A stretch of DNA of 54,118 nucleotides from Nemertoderma westbladi (taxonomy: Eukaryota > Animalia > Xenacoelomorpha): NCBI GenBank assembly GCA_032718475.1, contig JAUCBJ010008477.1, forward strand, positions 1-54,118, in the 5' to 3' direction. The translations under genes were made by a program, and so were the position numbers. Below the pieces are notes generated by a model. That model was given only the letters and a program-made list of their open reading frames with translations. It ran no database searches and was not told the origin of the DNA. Shown here one piece after another: positions 23,050 through 34,880 of this stretch (positions within the stretch are counted from its first letter, which is position 1; each line of letters starts with the position of its first letter).

Positions 23050-24960
23050 CTCCAATGGATTACAAATAATAAAATGGGAAAAGGTTTTAACCGTGTGTGA
23101 TATTTTCCCCTTAGTGGAAGACTGTATAACTGCAGAGTAGAGGTTAGCGTCCTCGCAAACATAACCTATAGTGCAGTAGGTCATAGCAGGAACTCTGTCG
23201 TATTAAAATGGAAGGTTTTAATTTCAGACATTTCGCCCCCTAGTGGCAGACTGCATAATTCTGCACTGGTTAGCGTCCTGAGAAATTGCAGATTGGTCAG
23301 AGTTTTCCACAAACACGCAGTCTATGGTGTAGTAGACCTCTGACAAGTATCAGCCTAAAAGCATTAGAAACAACGAAACGGGATAAGGTTTTCACTTTCA
23401 GACATTTCGCCCCTTAGCGGCCGAATGGAGAACTGCAGTTTGTTCGGAGTCTTACCTAGACACACACCCTATGGTGTACTACACATCTGGCAAGTGTCAG
23501 CCTGAAATCATATTAATAACGAATTGGGATAAGGTTTTCACTTTCAGACATTTGGCCCCCAAGCGGTAGACTGGATAAATGCAGACTGGTTCTAGCTTCT
23601 CCCCAAACACACAGTCTATGGTGTAGTAGACCTCTGCCAAGTTTCAGCAAAAAAGCATTATAAACAATTAAATGCATAAAAGTTTTCACTTTCAGACATT
23701 GCGCCCCCTAGCGGCAGACAGAGCTATTGCAGATTGGTCTTAGTTCTCCACAAACACACAGTCTTTGATGTAGTAGACCTCTGACAAGTATCAGCCTAAA
23801 AACATTATAAACATCAAAATGGGATAAGGTTTTCACGTTCAGACATTTCGCCCCCTAGCGGCCGAATAGAGAACTGCAGGTTGTTCGGCGTCCTCTTCAG
23901 ACACACAGCCTATGGTGTAATACACATCTGCCAAGTGTCAGCCTAAAAGCATTATTAATAACGAAATGGTATAAGGTTTTCACTTTCAGACATTTGGCCA
24001 CCTAGTGGCAGACAGAGGAATTGCAGATTGGTCAGAGTTCTCCACAAACACGCAGCCTATGGTGTAGTAGACCTCTGCCAAGTACCAGCCTATAAGAATT
24101 ATAAACAACGAAATGGGATAAGGTTTTCACTTTCAGATATTTCGCCCCTTAGTGGCCGAATGGAGAACTGCAGGTAGTTGGGCGTCCTCAACAGACACAC
24201 ACCATATGGTGTAATACACATCTGCCCAGTGTCAGCCTAAAAGCATTATTAATAACGAAATGGGATAAGGTTTTCATTTTCAGACATTTGGCCCCCTAGT
24301 GGCAAACAGAGGAATTGCAGATTGGTCAGAGTTCTCCACAAACACGCAGTCTATGGTGTAGTAGACCTCTGCCAAGTATCAGCCTAAAAGCATTATAAAC
24401 AACGAAATGGGATAAGGATTGCACTTTCAGATATTTCGCCCCCTAGCGGCCGAATGGAGAACTGCAGGTAGTTGGGCGTCCTCCACAGACACACAACATA
24501 TGGTGTAATACACATCTGCCAAGTGTCAGCCTAAAAGCATTATTAATAACGAAATGGGATAAGGTTTTCACTTTCAGACATTTGGCCCCCTAGCGGTAGA
24601 CTGGAGAAATGCAGACTGATTCTAGCTCCTCCCCAAACACGCTGTATTGTGTAGTAGACCTCTGCCAAGTATATCAGCAAAAAAGCATTATAAACAAAGA
24701 AATGGGATAAGGTTTTCACTTTCAGATATTTCTCCCCCTAGCGGCAGACTGGCGAATTGCAGGTTGGTCAGCATCCTCCCCAAACACACAGCCTATGGTG
24801 TAGAAGACCTCTGCCATGTATCAGCTAAAAGGCTTTAATAATAACGAAATGGGAGATGTTTTCAGTTTCGGATATTTCGCCCCCTAGCGGCAGACTGGAG
24901 AACTGCAGATTGATCAGTGTCCTCCCAAACACAGTCTATGGTCGGGAACAAATCTGCAAA
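23050..24960. repeat. ~147-bp satellite (~13 monomers) with A/B dimer higher-order structure
   Basis: The anchor GGGATAAGGTTTTCACTTTCAGA recurs at ~23380, 23526, 23821, 24114, 24262, 24408, 24556 and 24703; GGCCGAATGGAGAAC and GGCAGACAGAGGAATT variants alternate. Confidence 0.95.
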
Positions 24961-25210
24961 GTATCATTTAGAACAGATTAAGTTTGGTATCAAAAAGTAG
25001 CATAATAGTCGATACCCAACGTGTCGAGTGACAGAATGAACTGCTAGGCCTGCCGCGCTACCGGTACCGAATTCACGAAATTCGCATTCACGCAAACGAA
25101 CGCGTAAAATAAGACTCGAGATAGCGACAGTGCACGTGCTCGTGACGAGAGCTTTCGTTCGATGTATCGCGAGCTCCGATTGGTGCTTGTGTGTAGAAAC
25201 GTATAGCTTG

Positions 25211-25486
<276 letters not shown>

Positions 25487-25599
25487 TATATTTATATATA
25501 TAGACTAGAAAGCCAGTGGCCCTTCGGGCCACGGCTTTCTAGTTCACAAGCCTATTCACCATTCTAAACATTAATTAATTAATTAACTTAACAAAACTT

Positions 25600-26326
25600 C
25601 ATATGATTGAGAGTGTTCTCTCAAACAAAAGGACTGATGCTGTTTTACTTTTCAGATATCTACACTGGTCGACGTCCTTCACATAGATGCAGCCTTATGA
25701 TGTAGTACAGTAGACCTCTGACAATTATCAGCGTAAAAGCATTTTTAATAAATAAATGTGAGAATGTTTTTACTTTTCAGATTCAGATATTTCGCACCCT
25801 AGCAGTAGACTGGAAATCCGCAGACTGGTTAGCGTCCTCCCCATACAAACAGTCTATGGTCAAGCATGCCTTTCCCAAGTATAAGCAAAAAAGCATTAGA
25901 AACAACGAAATGGGAGAAGGATTTCACTTGAGACATTTCAACCTCTAGCGGTAGACTGAGAAATTGCCCTCTAGCGGCTGACTGTGGAACTGTAGACGAC
26001 TCTACGACTCTGCAAAGATATAGTCTATGCTGTAGAGATGCCTACCAAGTTTCAGTCTAAAAGGATTGTAAATAACAAAGTTGGAGAATATGTTAACTTT
26101 CAGACATTTCACCCTCTAGCGGTAGACTGGGGAACTGTATAGGACTCTGCAACTCCGTAAAGATACAGCCTATGCTGTAGTAGATAACTGCCAAGTTTCA
26201 GCTCAAAAGGATTAAAAAGAACCAAATGGGATGAGGTTTTCACTATCCGACAATTCGCCCTCTAGCAGCTGACTGTGGAACTGTAGACGACTCTGCAAAG
26301 ATATAGTCTATGCTGTAGTAGATGCC
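25600..26326. repeat. More diverged copies of the 147-bp satellite, truncated by an LTR insertion
   Basis: Same CAGACATTTC..CTCTAGCGG..CTATG(G/C)TGTAGTAGA motifs in the same orientation. Confidence 0.85.
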
Positions 26327-26906
26327 TGTGACGGGATCCGAGAGGATCCCGGTTTATCCGGTGTTGTTTTCGTACGCGTCAGGCTGCACCGTGTGGTTGG
26401 AAAAGAGTTTGTTGCTGTTGTTCTGATATTGTTAACCAATGACTGGTATAATATAATAGCACGGAGAAATAGATGTAAAGACTGAATACTGCTGTATAGA
26501 TACCGGTAGTGGTGGTGATGGCGGTGACGGTCTTAACTGTCACCGTACTGCCGAGACTGTACTGGATAAACTACAGAGTAAACTGAATGTTATGGGCACC
26601 GACCGGTAATATATATTGCACGGTTGGCCGCATTACACTACTCAGCCGATGCCTGCCCCCCATTGGCTAGTAACCTACTTCACACCCTCTGCCCTGCGGG
26701 GGTGTTCCCCCCCCCCCCGCTGCTGTTACTTTCCTCTCTCTCAGGGGTGTAACCTCTGACCCCCATTGTGTGTATGTCCTCTTGGGGCCTATTGTCCCCG
26801 GTTTATTGGGGTGATACAAGGTTGATTGGTAATCAACCTTGTAGTTCCAATATTGCTTAACACCAACTTTATGGGGTTTAGTGTGGCGGAATTGAATACG
26901 CTCACA
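26327..26906 (-). repeat. 3' LTR (580 bp) of gag-only element D, preceded by polypurine tract 26907-26915
   Basis: TGTGA...TCACA termini; minus-strand GGGGGGGAG immediately before TG; the left end interrupts a satellite monomer. Confidence 0.75.
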
Positions 26907-27877
26907 CTCCCCCCCATGCTATCTTCCCGGTGAGAAGATAGCATCCACCTATAGTGCGCTACAATTCCGCTGGAACTCGATCTACTATCGGTATCGGGTG
27001 TGGGGTGGAGTTATCTTCTTGGAGTCGGCTTTCCAGGCCGCTCCCTATGGGTATGATAACGCTACCCATCTGACGTCTCGTGTTGAGCCAATTGTGGACT
27101 CTCACACAATTTTAAAAGCTCTCCACTCTAACTCTAGCCTTTCACTCTAACCTCCCACTCTTACACTCTCCCCACACCTGAATCGCACTCTAACTTCTCT
27201 CCATACTCCTCTCTACTTTCTACCACTCCCTAAGGCCCTAATCTCTAATGCTACCCCTGTGCTATCATACTATCTACCTACTACTTACTTGCTAACTATC
27301 TAACTCTCTACTAACTCTCCGACTCTAACTAGCTCTACTAAGTCTAACTAACTCCTACTAACTCTCTACTTCTACTAACTCTCTCTAACTCTTACCAACT
27401 CTTCTAACTACGTGGTGCTTAGGGTGCCCACAACCCCTCTACTACTAACTCTAACTAAAACCCTCTAAATCTCGACTAACTCTAACTCTACTTAGTCTAC
27501 TCCTTTCTACTCCCTACGTGGCGCTTGCGGTGCCCACAACCACTTTGCTTACTACTAACTTCCGTCTACGTGGCGCTTGCGGTGCCCACAACCACTCTAC
27601 TATCTGGCACCCTATGTGCCCGTCTCTACTACTCTACTGCCTGGCACCCCATGTGCCCTCTCTACTACTCTACTACCTCTAACTCTCTAACTCTACTACC
27701 TCTAACTCTCTAACTCTTTTTTTTTTATATGTCAATTTAATAAAGCAAAATGCCAACAAATATATACTACACGATACATTTAGCATTTACGGGGGAAATT
27801 CAAACTATTTTTAATATTATTAATTAATCCTGTCCGTCGCAGCAGTCTGTCAGTGGTAACTGAACTACCCAACTGAA

Positions 27878-30800
27878 CTACCCAGCAACCCCGCAGTCCG
27901 TATCCGCGTTCGCCAGCCGTATGGAGGTGTCCAATATCGCGTGGTGAACTGGCCGCTTGGATGCGGAACGCGCGCCGCGAAGACACATCAGACTGGACCG
28001 CAGAAGCGCAAAACTAATTTGTCTCCGGATCCAGGAAACACAGTCGGAGTACCGGATTTCACGGCGGTCCGACAGCTTGTATGCCAGCCGTTTCACAAAC
28101 TGGCGCATTGCCGTAGCCATCCCACCGAATGCAGAAACGATGAGGGGCACAAATGTCGCCAGTTCTACCTCGCGAATCCGGTCTTCGTACTTGAGGCGTT
28201 TGCGTGCCTCGTGGTGCGAGTGCGCTGCTTCCAACGACATCGCCGCGTTCGTTTCCGATAAGGGGTTGAACACGGAGACATCCAGGAAGACTTTCTCGTA
28301 CCGGTTTCCCCAAAAACCGCTGACTGAGACGTCGAGCCTGGCCTGTTGGTCGGTAGACGTGGTCCGGTGCCGGAACGACTCGCCTGTCAAGGGCTGCAGC
28401 ATTGGCTCTATGGCTACGTTGTTAGCCACCTCGGTTAACGCGTTGGCAATGAAGTCTCGAATCTCGTTATGTCTGATAGAGGGAAATCCTCCAGTAGGAC
28501 ACGACAGGACGTGGGTGGGTGAAAATCGCGACCCACAGACACAACGAGCGGGGAGAGACTTCGGCTGCCAACAGTACCGCAGACACAATGCATCTCGGAA
28601 TTCCTCTTTCGACAGGTGAGTGTTATGTATAGTAACCGGTTTAGTATTCAGCCAGGTTGACGCCCCCTTTTCTGAAACTAATTCCCTTAGTTTTTGTTGG
28701 GTTAGCGGCAGGTCTCCGTTACAAACTGCGATTTTATTTTTTGTTTGCAGGCCAGCCTGTACCTTTACACGATTGGCGGCGAGTAGCTGTTCCTTCCTGA
28801 CGTCTGCCATATCACCAGAGGAAGCGCCATTCAGTGGCTCACAAACCAACCTGGAATGGTCATACTGAGTGGCCAGATCGGACGGAACTGGGATTCCCAT
28901 CCCCCCAGCACGGACTGGGAGGGAGAGCAGCTGTCGTTCCTCCGTGGTCAACGCCGGCCGGTCAACTATCCGACAGAGAGCGGCCGTCACCGATTTCTCG
29001 AGTTTATCGAACTGCTCGACGGCGCCTGGTATAACCCGAGCGAGAAACCGCCATCTGCACGACAGTCCGAAAGCTAGACCCGCGTACGCGCAATGAGGGT
29101 CCATCATGGAGATATCAGCGAGTCGATCCACCTCCTCCGCGAACTCATCTACCTTGGAAAGTATAAACTCCTCCTGGAACTCCTTTGAACCAATCACCCC
29201 CCCAAGAAGCTTGCTGCCAACCGAGTCTATGACGATGTCCATGCCGGCAAAGAGTAATTCAGCCTCACCGAGCTTGTCAGGTTTCACCGTCAACCGACAT
29301 TTCGAGGGGAAATATCCGTATAGAGGACCCCTCCTCACAGCAACATCCCAAAACTTCCGCAATTCAACTAGAGAACCCGCCGCATTTCCATCATCTGCAA
29401 ACCATTTCTGGTTCACAGTACACGCCGTCTCGAGTTCGTCTACGAATGGAGTTAAACCGGAGGCGAACATCGGCATCGCCACCGGATCCCCTTGAGTGGA
29501 ACCTTCCGAGGAGAAAATAGACTCACCTCGATGGCTCCGATCGGTTCGATGGCTCCGCGTAGCAATTTACAACGATTGTGTGCAGCGATGGGCAGACAAG
29601 GCTAATGTTGTGTGTGGCGGCCTCCCGATTAAGAACATTGAATGCATTAGTTGCATCAATTTGGAGTATCGCCTCACATTCTTCCTCGGCGAATGCGTCA
29701 TTAAGGCTGTGTATGGCGAATTCAATACCAGATTTCTGTCCCATACAGAGCTGGGTGGATCCGCCTACGGACTGAAGGTCCCCACTAATGCTGAACATCG
29801 CCGCCTTCCCAATTACCCGCCGTAATACCTCCCCAATGCCGATGGGCCGAACCCCCAGACACTTATCCAACGCGAGAAGACGTGCGGAAAGGTAAGATGA
29901 CAACACCCCCCTCGGTACAATCTCCTGTGCGATCCGCTTCGCCATGTCTGCAACGCTGTTGGAGAGATCCATGGAGTAGTTTCTAAACTTCGTCAGCAGG
30001 TGTTTCCACCCCTGTACATCAAGGCCCGAGGGGCCTGCCGCGTTTCCTTTCATTCGGAGGAGACAGGAAAGAATCAGCTGGCCGTCGATACGTTCAAACA
30101 CCACCCTGTGGTGCTCTGGTGCGCGATCGAATTCTGTAAGCAGGACGGAACTATCTGCCAGAGTAGCTACGGGATGTTTTTCTAACAGAACATCGCGAAC
30201 TACCTTCGTTTTACCATCCTTGTCAACGAATGAATCGTCGAGTTTCATTGGAGTACCTCGGTTGATCTGACTGAGGCATCGAGTAGTGGCTGACACATTT
30301 CCAGTCAACATATGCCGAACGAAAGCTTTTCTCGTAGCTTCAGTTTGGGATTCCGGTTGTCTAGGTGGTCTCGGGAGATGTCCCTGTATTGCGCTAGCTT
30401 CTGCCATCAAATCAGTGAAACGCGCATTTCTCCAATCATTTAAGCGGCGTTCCAGAACTTTTCGATGAGTTGCCGTGTTTGACGATCGGCTAGGTTTCTG
30501 TAGGAGCAACGCAGGCAGACACATCAACGCTGTTAACGCAGCCTCCTGTAAAGGGGACCCCGTTGTAAACAAGTTCACAAGACGTGTCATCTCCGCTACT
30601 AGTTGTCTACCAACCGCCCCCTGAGGCACCAGAAACAAATTGGATCGCCAGTGAACTATTTTCTTATAGACGAGATCTAAAGGCGTCAAAATATCCACCA
30701 GTGGAAGCTTTAGCTCAAACCATACATGGGTCCCTTTAGACGGTGTGGCGCCAGTACGGGGTCCGGTAGGCGGTGTGGCGCCGGTACGCGGTCTCATAGA

Positions 30801-32147
30801 CGAAATGGCACCATTCTGGGGTCCGGTAAATGGTGTGGCGCCGGTCTGGGATCCCGTAGACGGTGTGGCGCCGGTCTGGGATCCGGTAAGCGGTGTGGCA
30901 CCAGTACGAGATCCGGTAGGCGGTATGGCGCCAGTACGAGGTCCGGTAGGCGGTATGGCACCGGTCTGGGATCCGGTTGACGGTGTGGCGCTGGTCAGGG
31001 ATCCGGTAGACGGTGTGGCGCCGGTCTGGGATCCGGTAGACGGTGTGGCGCCGGTACGAGGTCCAGTAGGCGGTGTGGCGCCGGTCTGGGGTCCGGTAGA
31101 CATATTGGTGCCTGTCTGGGGTCTGGTAGACAACGTGGCGTCGGTCTGGGGTCCAGTAGACGATGTGGCACCGGTCTGGGGTCCGGTAGACACATTGGCG
31201 CCGGTCTGGGGTCCGGTAGACAACGTGGCGTCGGTGTGGGGTCCGGTAGACATATTGGCGTCGGTCTGGGATCCGGTAGACATATTGGAGTCGGAATGGG
31301 ATCCGATAGCCAATGTGGCGTCGGTAAGGGGTCCGGTAGACAGCGTGGCGTCGATACGGGGTCCAGTAGACAGCGTGGCGTCGGTACGTGGTCTGGTAGA
31401 CAGCGTGGCGTCGGTACGGGGTCCGGTAGACAGCGTGGCGTCGGTACGGGGTCCGGTAGACAGCGTGGCGTCGGTATGGGGTCCGGTAGACAGCGTGGCG
31501 TCGGTATGGGGTTCGGTAGACAGCGTGGCGTCGGTACGGGATCCGGTAGACAGCGTGGCGTCGGTACGGGATCCGGTAGACAGCGAGGCGTCGGTACGGG
31601 GTACGGTAGACTGCGTGGCGTCGGTATGGGGTCGGGTAGACAGCGTGGCGTCGGTATGGGGTCCGGTAGACAGCTTGGCGTCGGTATGGTGTCCGGTAGA
31701 CAGCGTGGCGTCGGTACGGGGTCCGGTAGACAGCGTGGCGTCAGTACGGGGTCCGGTAGACAGCGTGGCGTCGGTATGGGGTCCGGTAGACAGCGTGGCT
31801 ACTGTAAACGTTGGCGTCGCGAAAATAAGCGACACTGTGGATGGCGACCCACACAGTGACGTGAGTGGAGAAACAAAGGGAGGGGTATCCACCAGAGTGT
31901 CGTCCTCATTGATCAACGTATTATCCCCATCATCCGTATTCGGAGCCGCTGGTTGAGAAAGAAACGCCGGCTTCAGCAAACTGACTAAGTTCTGTATGGG
32001 AAACGGCTGTGACGATGAAACCCCCTCATTTTCGCATAAGCCCTTCTTACCCGGTGCGCAGTTGAAGCAACGGCGACCCTCCTTTACGCACAAACAGTTT
32101 TTACACCGCCTAGTGCCCGCCTTAACGTTGCAGGCGCAGCAAGGCAT
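27878..32147 (-). CDS. CRE-type single ORF (Cys-rich N-terminus, 10-aa repeats, RT, CCHC finger, RLE), broken by one frameshift at ~29525
   Basis: AAGPSGLD, RPIGIGEVLRR, IDATNAFN, EGSTQGDP, WFADDG (RT); CVCGSRFSPTHVLSC, RHNEIRD, ARLDV..FLDVSVFNP, E..K..KY (RLE). Confidence 0.92.
30739..31800 (-). repeat. 30-bp coding minisatellite (~35 units, TDATLSTGPR / TGATPSTGSQ)
   Basis: Tandem GGTCCGGTAGACAGCGTGGCGTCGGTACGG units on +, in frame in the CRE ORF. Confidence 0.97.
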
Positions 32148-33047
32148 TCCTTACTGTCTAAAATACAAGTGTCGGCAAACTCTCTAACTCTACTACCTGG
32201 CACCATATGTGCCCATCTCTACTATTCTACTCTATCTACATCTTACCCCCTTTACATCTCCTCGCCTGCACGTGACGCTCTGAGTGCCGGCAGAGTGGGT
32301 ACGTTAATCATGTGAACTACTACTAACTCGTACTAACTCTACTAACTCGTACTAACTCTACTAACTCTCTACTAACTCAACTAACTCTTCTACTAACTCT
32401 TACCAACTCTACTAACTCTCTACTAACTAACTAACTCTACTACTAACTTCTTGTGCCCGGCACCTCTTGTGCCCGGCACCCACCCTATTTAACATACCCT
32501 GCTCTTACATCAAACACGTCATCATGCCCGTGCCCCACTTAGTTCAACGCATCCCCTGTACCGTGGCGCTTCCAGTGCCCACAACCTTTCTACCACTACT
32601 TCCATCTACGTGGCGCTTCCGGTGCCCACAACCTCTCTACTACTAACTCTACTCTGCTAACTCTCTACTTCCTCTAACTCTACGTGGCGATTGCGGTGCC
32701 CACAACCACTCTACTACTACCTCTACTCGGTACTACGCACCCTCTACTAACTAACTAGCCTCTCTAACAAACTAGCGGTACCACGTACCGTCTTACTAAC
32801 TAACTAACCTCTCTAACTAACGGTACTACGTACCCTCTTACTGCTTCTAACTTAACTAGCTATCTACTTACTAACTACTACTTACTTTCTGACCTTCTGA
32901 CTTTCTATTTATTTTATTATTTAATTATTTTTATTATTTTCGTTTTAATTAAATAATTATTTTTGCGTGGGAAGGGCGTCTCACCCTCATTCCCAACTCC
33001 CTCAGTCCAAAACATTGGACGACTAAAACTCTAAGGTGCCCCTTCTT

Positions 33048-34690
33048 CTAGTAGGCACTCTCCCACTGCCCTCCTATACGTCCTCTTACTCTTCGCCACA
33101 CTTTCTTAGATACTACCTCTGCTGGCCTCCCCCTTAGTATGTGCGCTGGCATTAAAGGCCTCGACGACCCCCGTTCGTCCTTCGGTATACACGACGTCTG
33201 CCCATGTAATGCCCCATCGCACTCTGTTAGTCCCGCGTGCGTATGCAACACGCCTCCTAGTTTCCTGAATCCTTTATTATGTCCACCCACGGGCCTCTCT
33301 GCCCCTGGTCTAATCCTTTCACATCCTCTCCCTTTCCATCTGGTCTTCTTACTCGACCTCCCCCTTGTCAGTATGCCTCTCAACCGGACCGGCATATCTT
33401 CCGGACACTCCTCTGGACACTCCTGACACTCCACCGGACGCTCCTCCGGTTTGTCCTCCGGACATCTTGCCGTCCGCTCCTCTCTATCTCCATACCGATA
33501 CTTGCTGGGATATCCATTCTCCCCCGCCCACTCTCTAACTGTTACTTCCTCGGGTAGTACTTTTCTCTTGTTTCTTGCCACTTTCGTGCTTGTAGCTGCT
33601 GTTTCTCTACACTCTCCGGATCTGTGTCCTTCTACCACACATCGATGACATAGTCCGTTTGCGTCTGTGTAGGCTATACGATCTTGTTTGGGCAACGCTT
33701 GCCAGTGCTTACAACTCCTGGTCTTTTGGGTTCTGTCCCGATGTAATTGACATTCGAATCCTGGATTATAGCGTTTCCTGTATAGTCCTTCACGTATCGC
33801 GCGTAGGTTTATATCTACCGATTTTGTGTTTTGGCTGTCTGTACTCGGCCTACTGGGTATGTTGGGATTGTGTTTATTTGTGGTGTTATTTTTTTTCTGT
33901 CCCTGCCACGGTGTGGCCCTACTACCAGCTAACTGTGGACTAGTAGTCCCCTGTATGGCCGCGTGTGGTAGCGACTGTCCGCACGACCTGTTCTCGTCCA
34001 AGGGGTTCGATGTTCTTGCTCCTATTGGGGTATATTGTTGATATTGTGATGGGGGAATGTCACCCTGTCCCCCCCCCCCCCCCCCCCCGTCGGTATGTTC
34101 GATACTGGGGTTGATGTTAATATATTGGGGCCCATACATCTATCTGCAATAACTCTCCCCTCCCCTGGATATATGTTATGTGCCTGTGTATTATAGTCAT
34201 GCTGCTGTACCGGTACGGATATAGGCCTATCTACTTCTTGCCTACCTACCGGTATGTACTCCGCGGCTTCCGGGTTTAATCCCGTCGTTCGCGCTACCCT
34301 ATCGCCTACTCTACCTCCCCCAGCATGGCCTATAATAGTATGTGCAGTAAGGCCTACAGTATGTCCTGCAGTCTGCATGTGCCCTTTAGAACCGAAGATT
34401 AATCTTCGCGAATCTCGAATCTCCCCGCGACTACCGCACTCTCGATCGGCAGCTATATCCCGTCGGGAAGCTTCTCTTCGATCCCCACTCCTGTTCTCGA
34501 CTTCGTATCGGTACGTCCTGCACCCCTCTCTTGGCATGCGGTGCGTTTCTCCGGGGCGACGGCAATCTCCCGAAGTTCGACCCCACTGACTCCTTAACTC
34601 CATCTCTACTGTCGACGGCTCGTTATCCGTCCTCGCTCTCCTATCGTTCGCGACGACACTTCTTCTACTATCTTCTCTTCTTCTCTTCAC
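33048..34690 (-). CDS. gag: Gag-like protein with BEL-type Cys/His knuckles; frameshift probably at the C-run ~34069-34088
   Basis: ORFs 34022-34690 and 33048-34139 overlap across a ~20-nt homopolymer; CQLH..C....R....LCHRCVVEGHRSGEC. Confidence 0.6.
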
Positions 34691-34880
34691 AGTGCAGTAT
34701 TCCCGCTCGTGAGCACTAATATATATTGCACTAATCTACTAAATAATCGCTAAAATAACATTCTACTAAATAAAATTAAAGAAAACGATTATAATAAAAT
34801 TACATAATAATACATACATAAATATAAAATAATAAAAACAAATATAAAATAATATAGTCACACACCCACTCCAGACGCTG

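Larger units (their letters stand above)
27717..32177 (-). mobile_element. CRE-clade (RT + restriction-like endonuclease) non-LTR retrotransposon, ~4.46 kb, with TSD and poly(A)
   Basis: Poly(T) at 27717-27726 on +; TSD AACTCTCTAACTC at 27704-27716 and 32178-32190; RT/RLE ORF. Confidence 0.93.
26327..34862 (-). mobile_element. Non-autonomous gag-only LTR retroelement D with long low-complexity non-coding interior
   Basis: LTR + PPT; C/T/A-rich CTAACTCT interior continuing on both sides of the CRE insertion; gag-like ORF; no pol detected; 5' LTR not seen. Confidence 0.6.

Noticed and set aside
30745-31956. 403-aa + strand ORF
   Set aside because: Antisense shadow of the 30-bp coding repeat in the CRE ORF.
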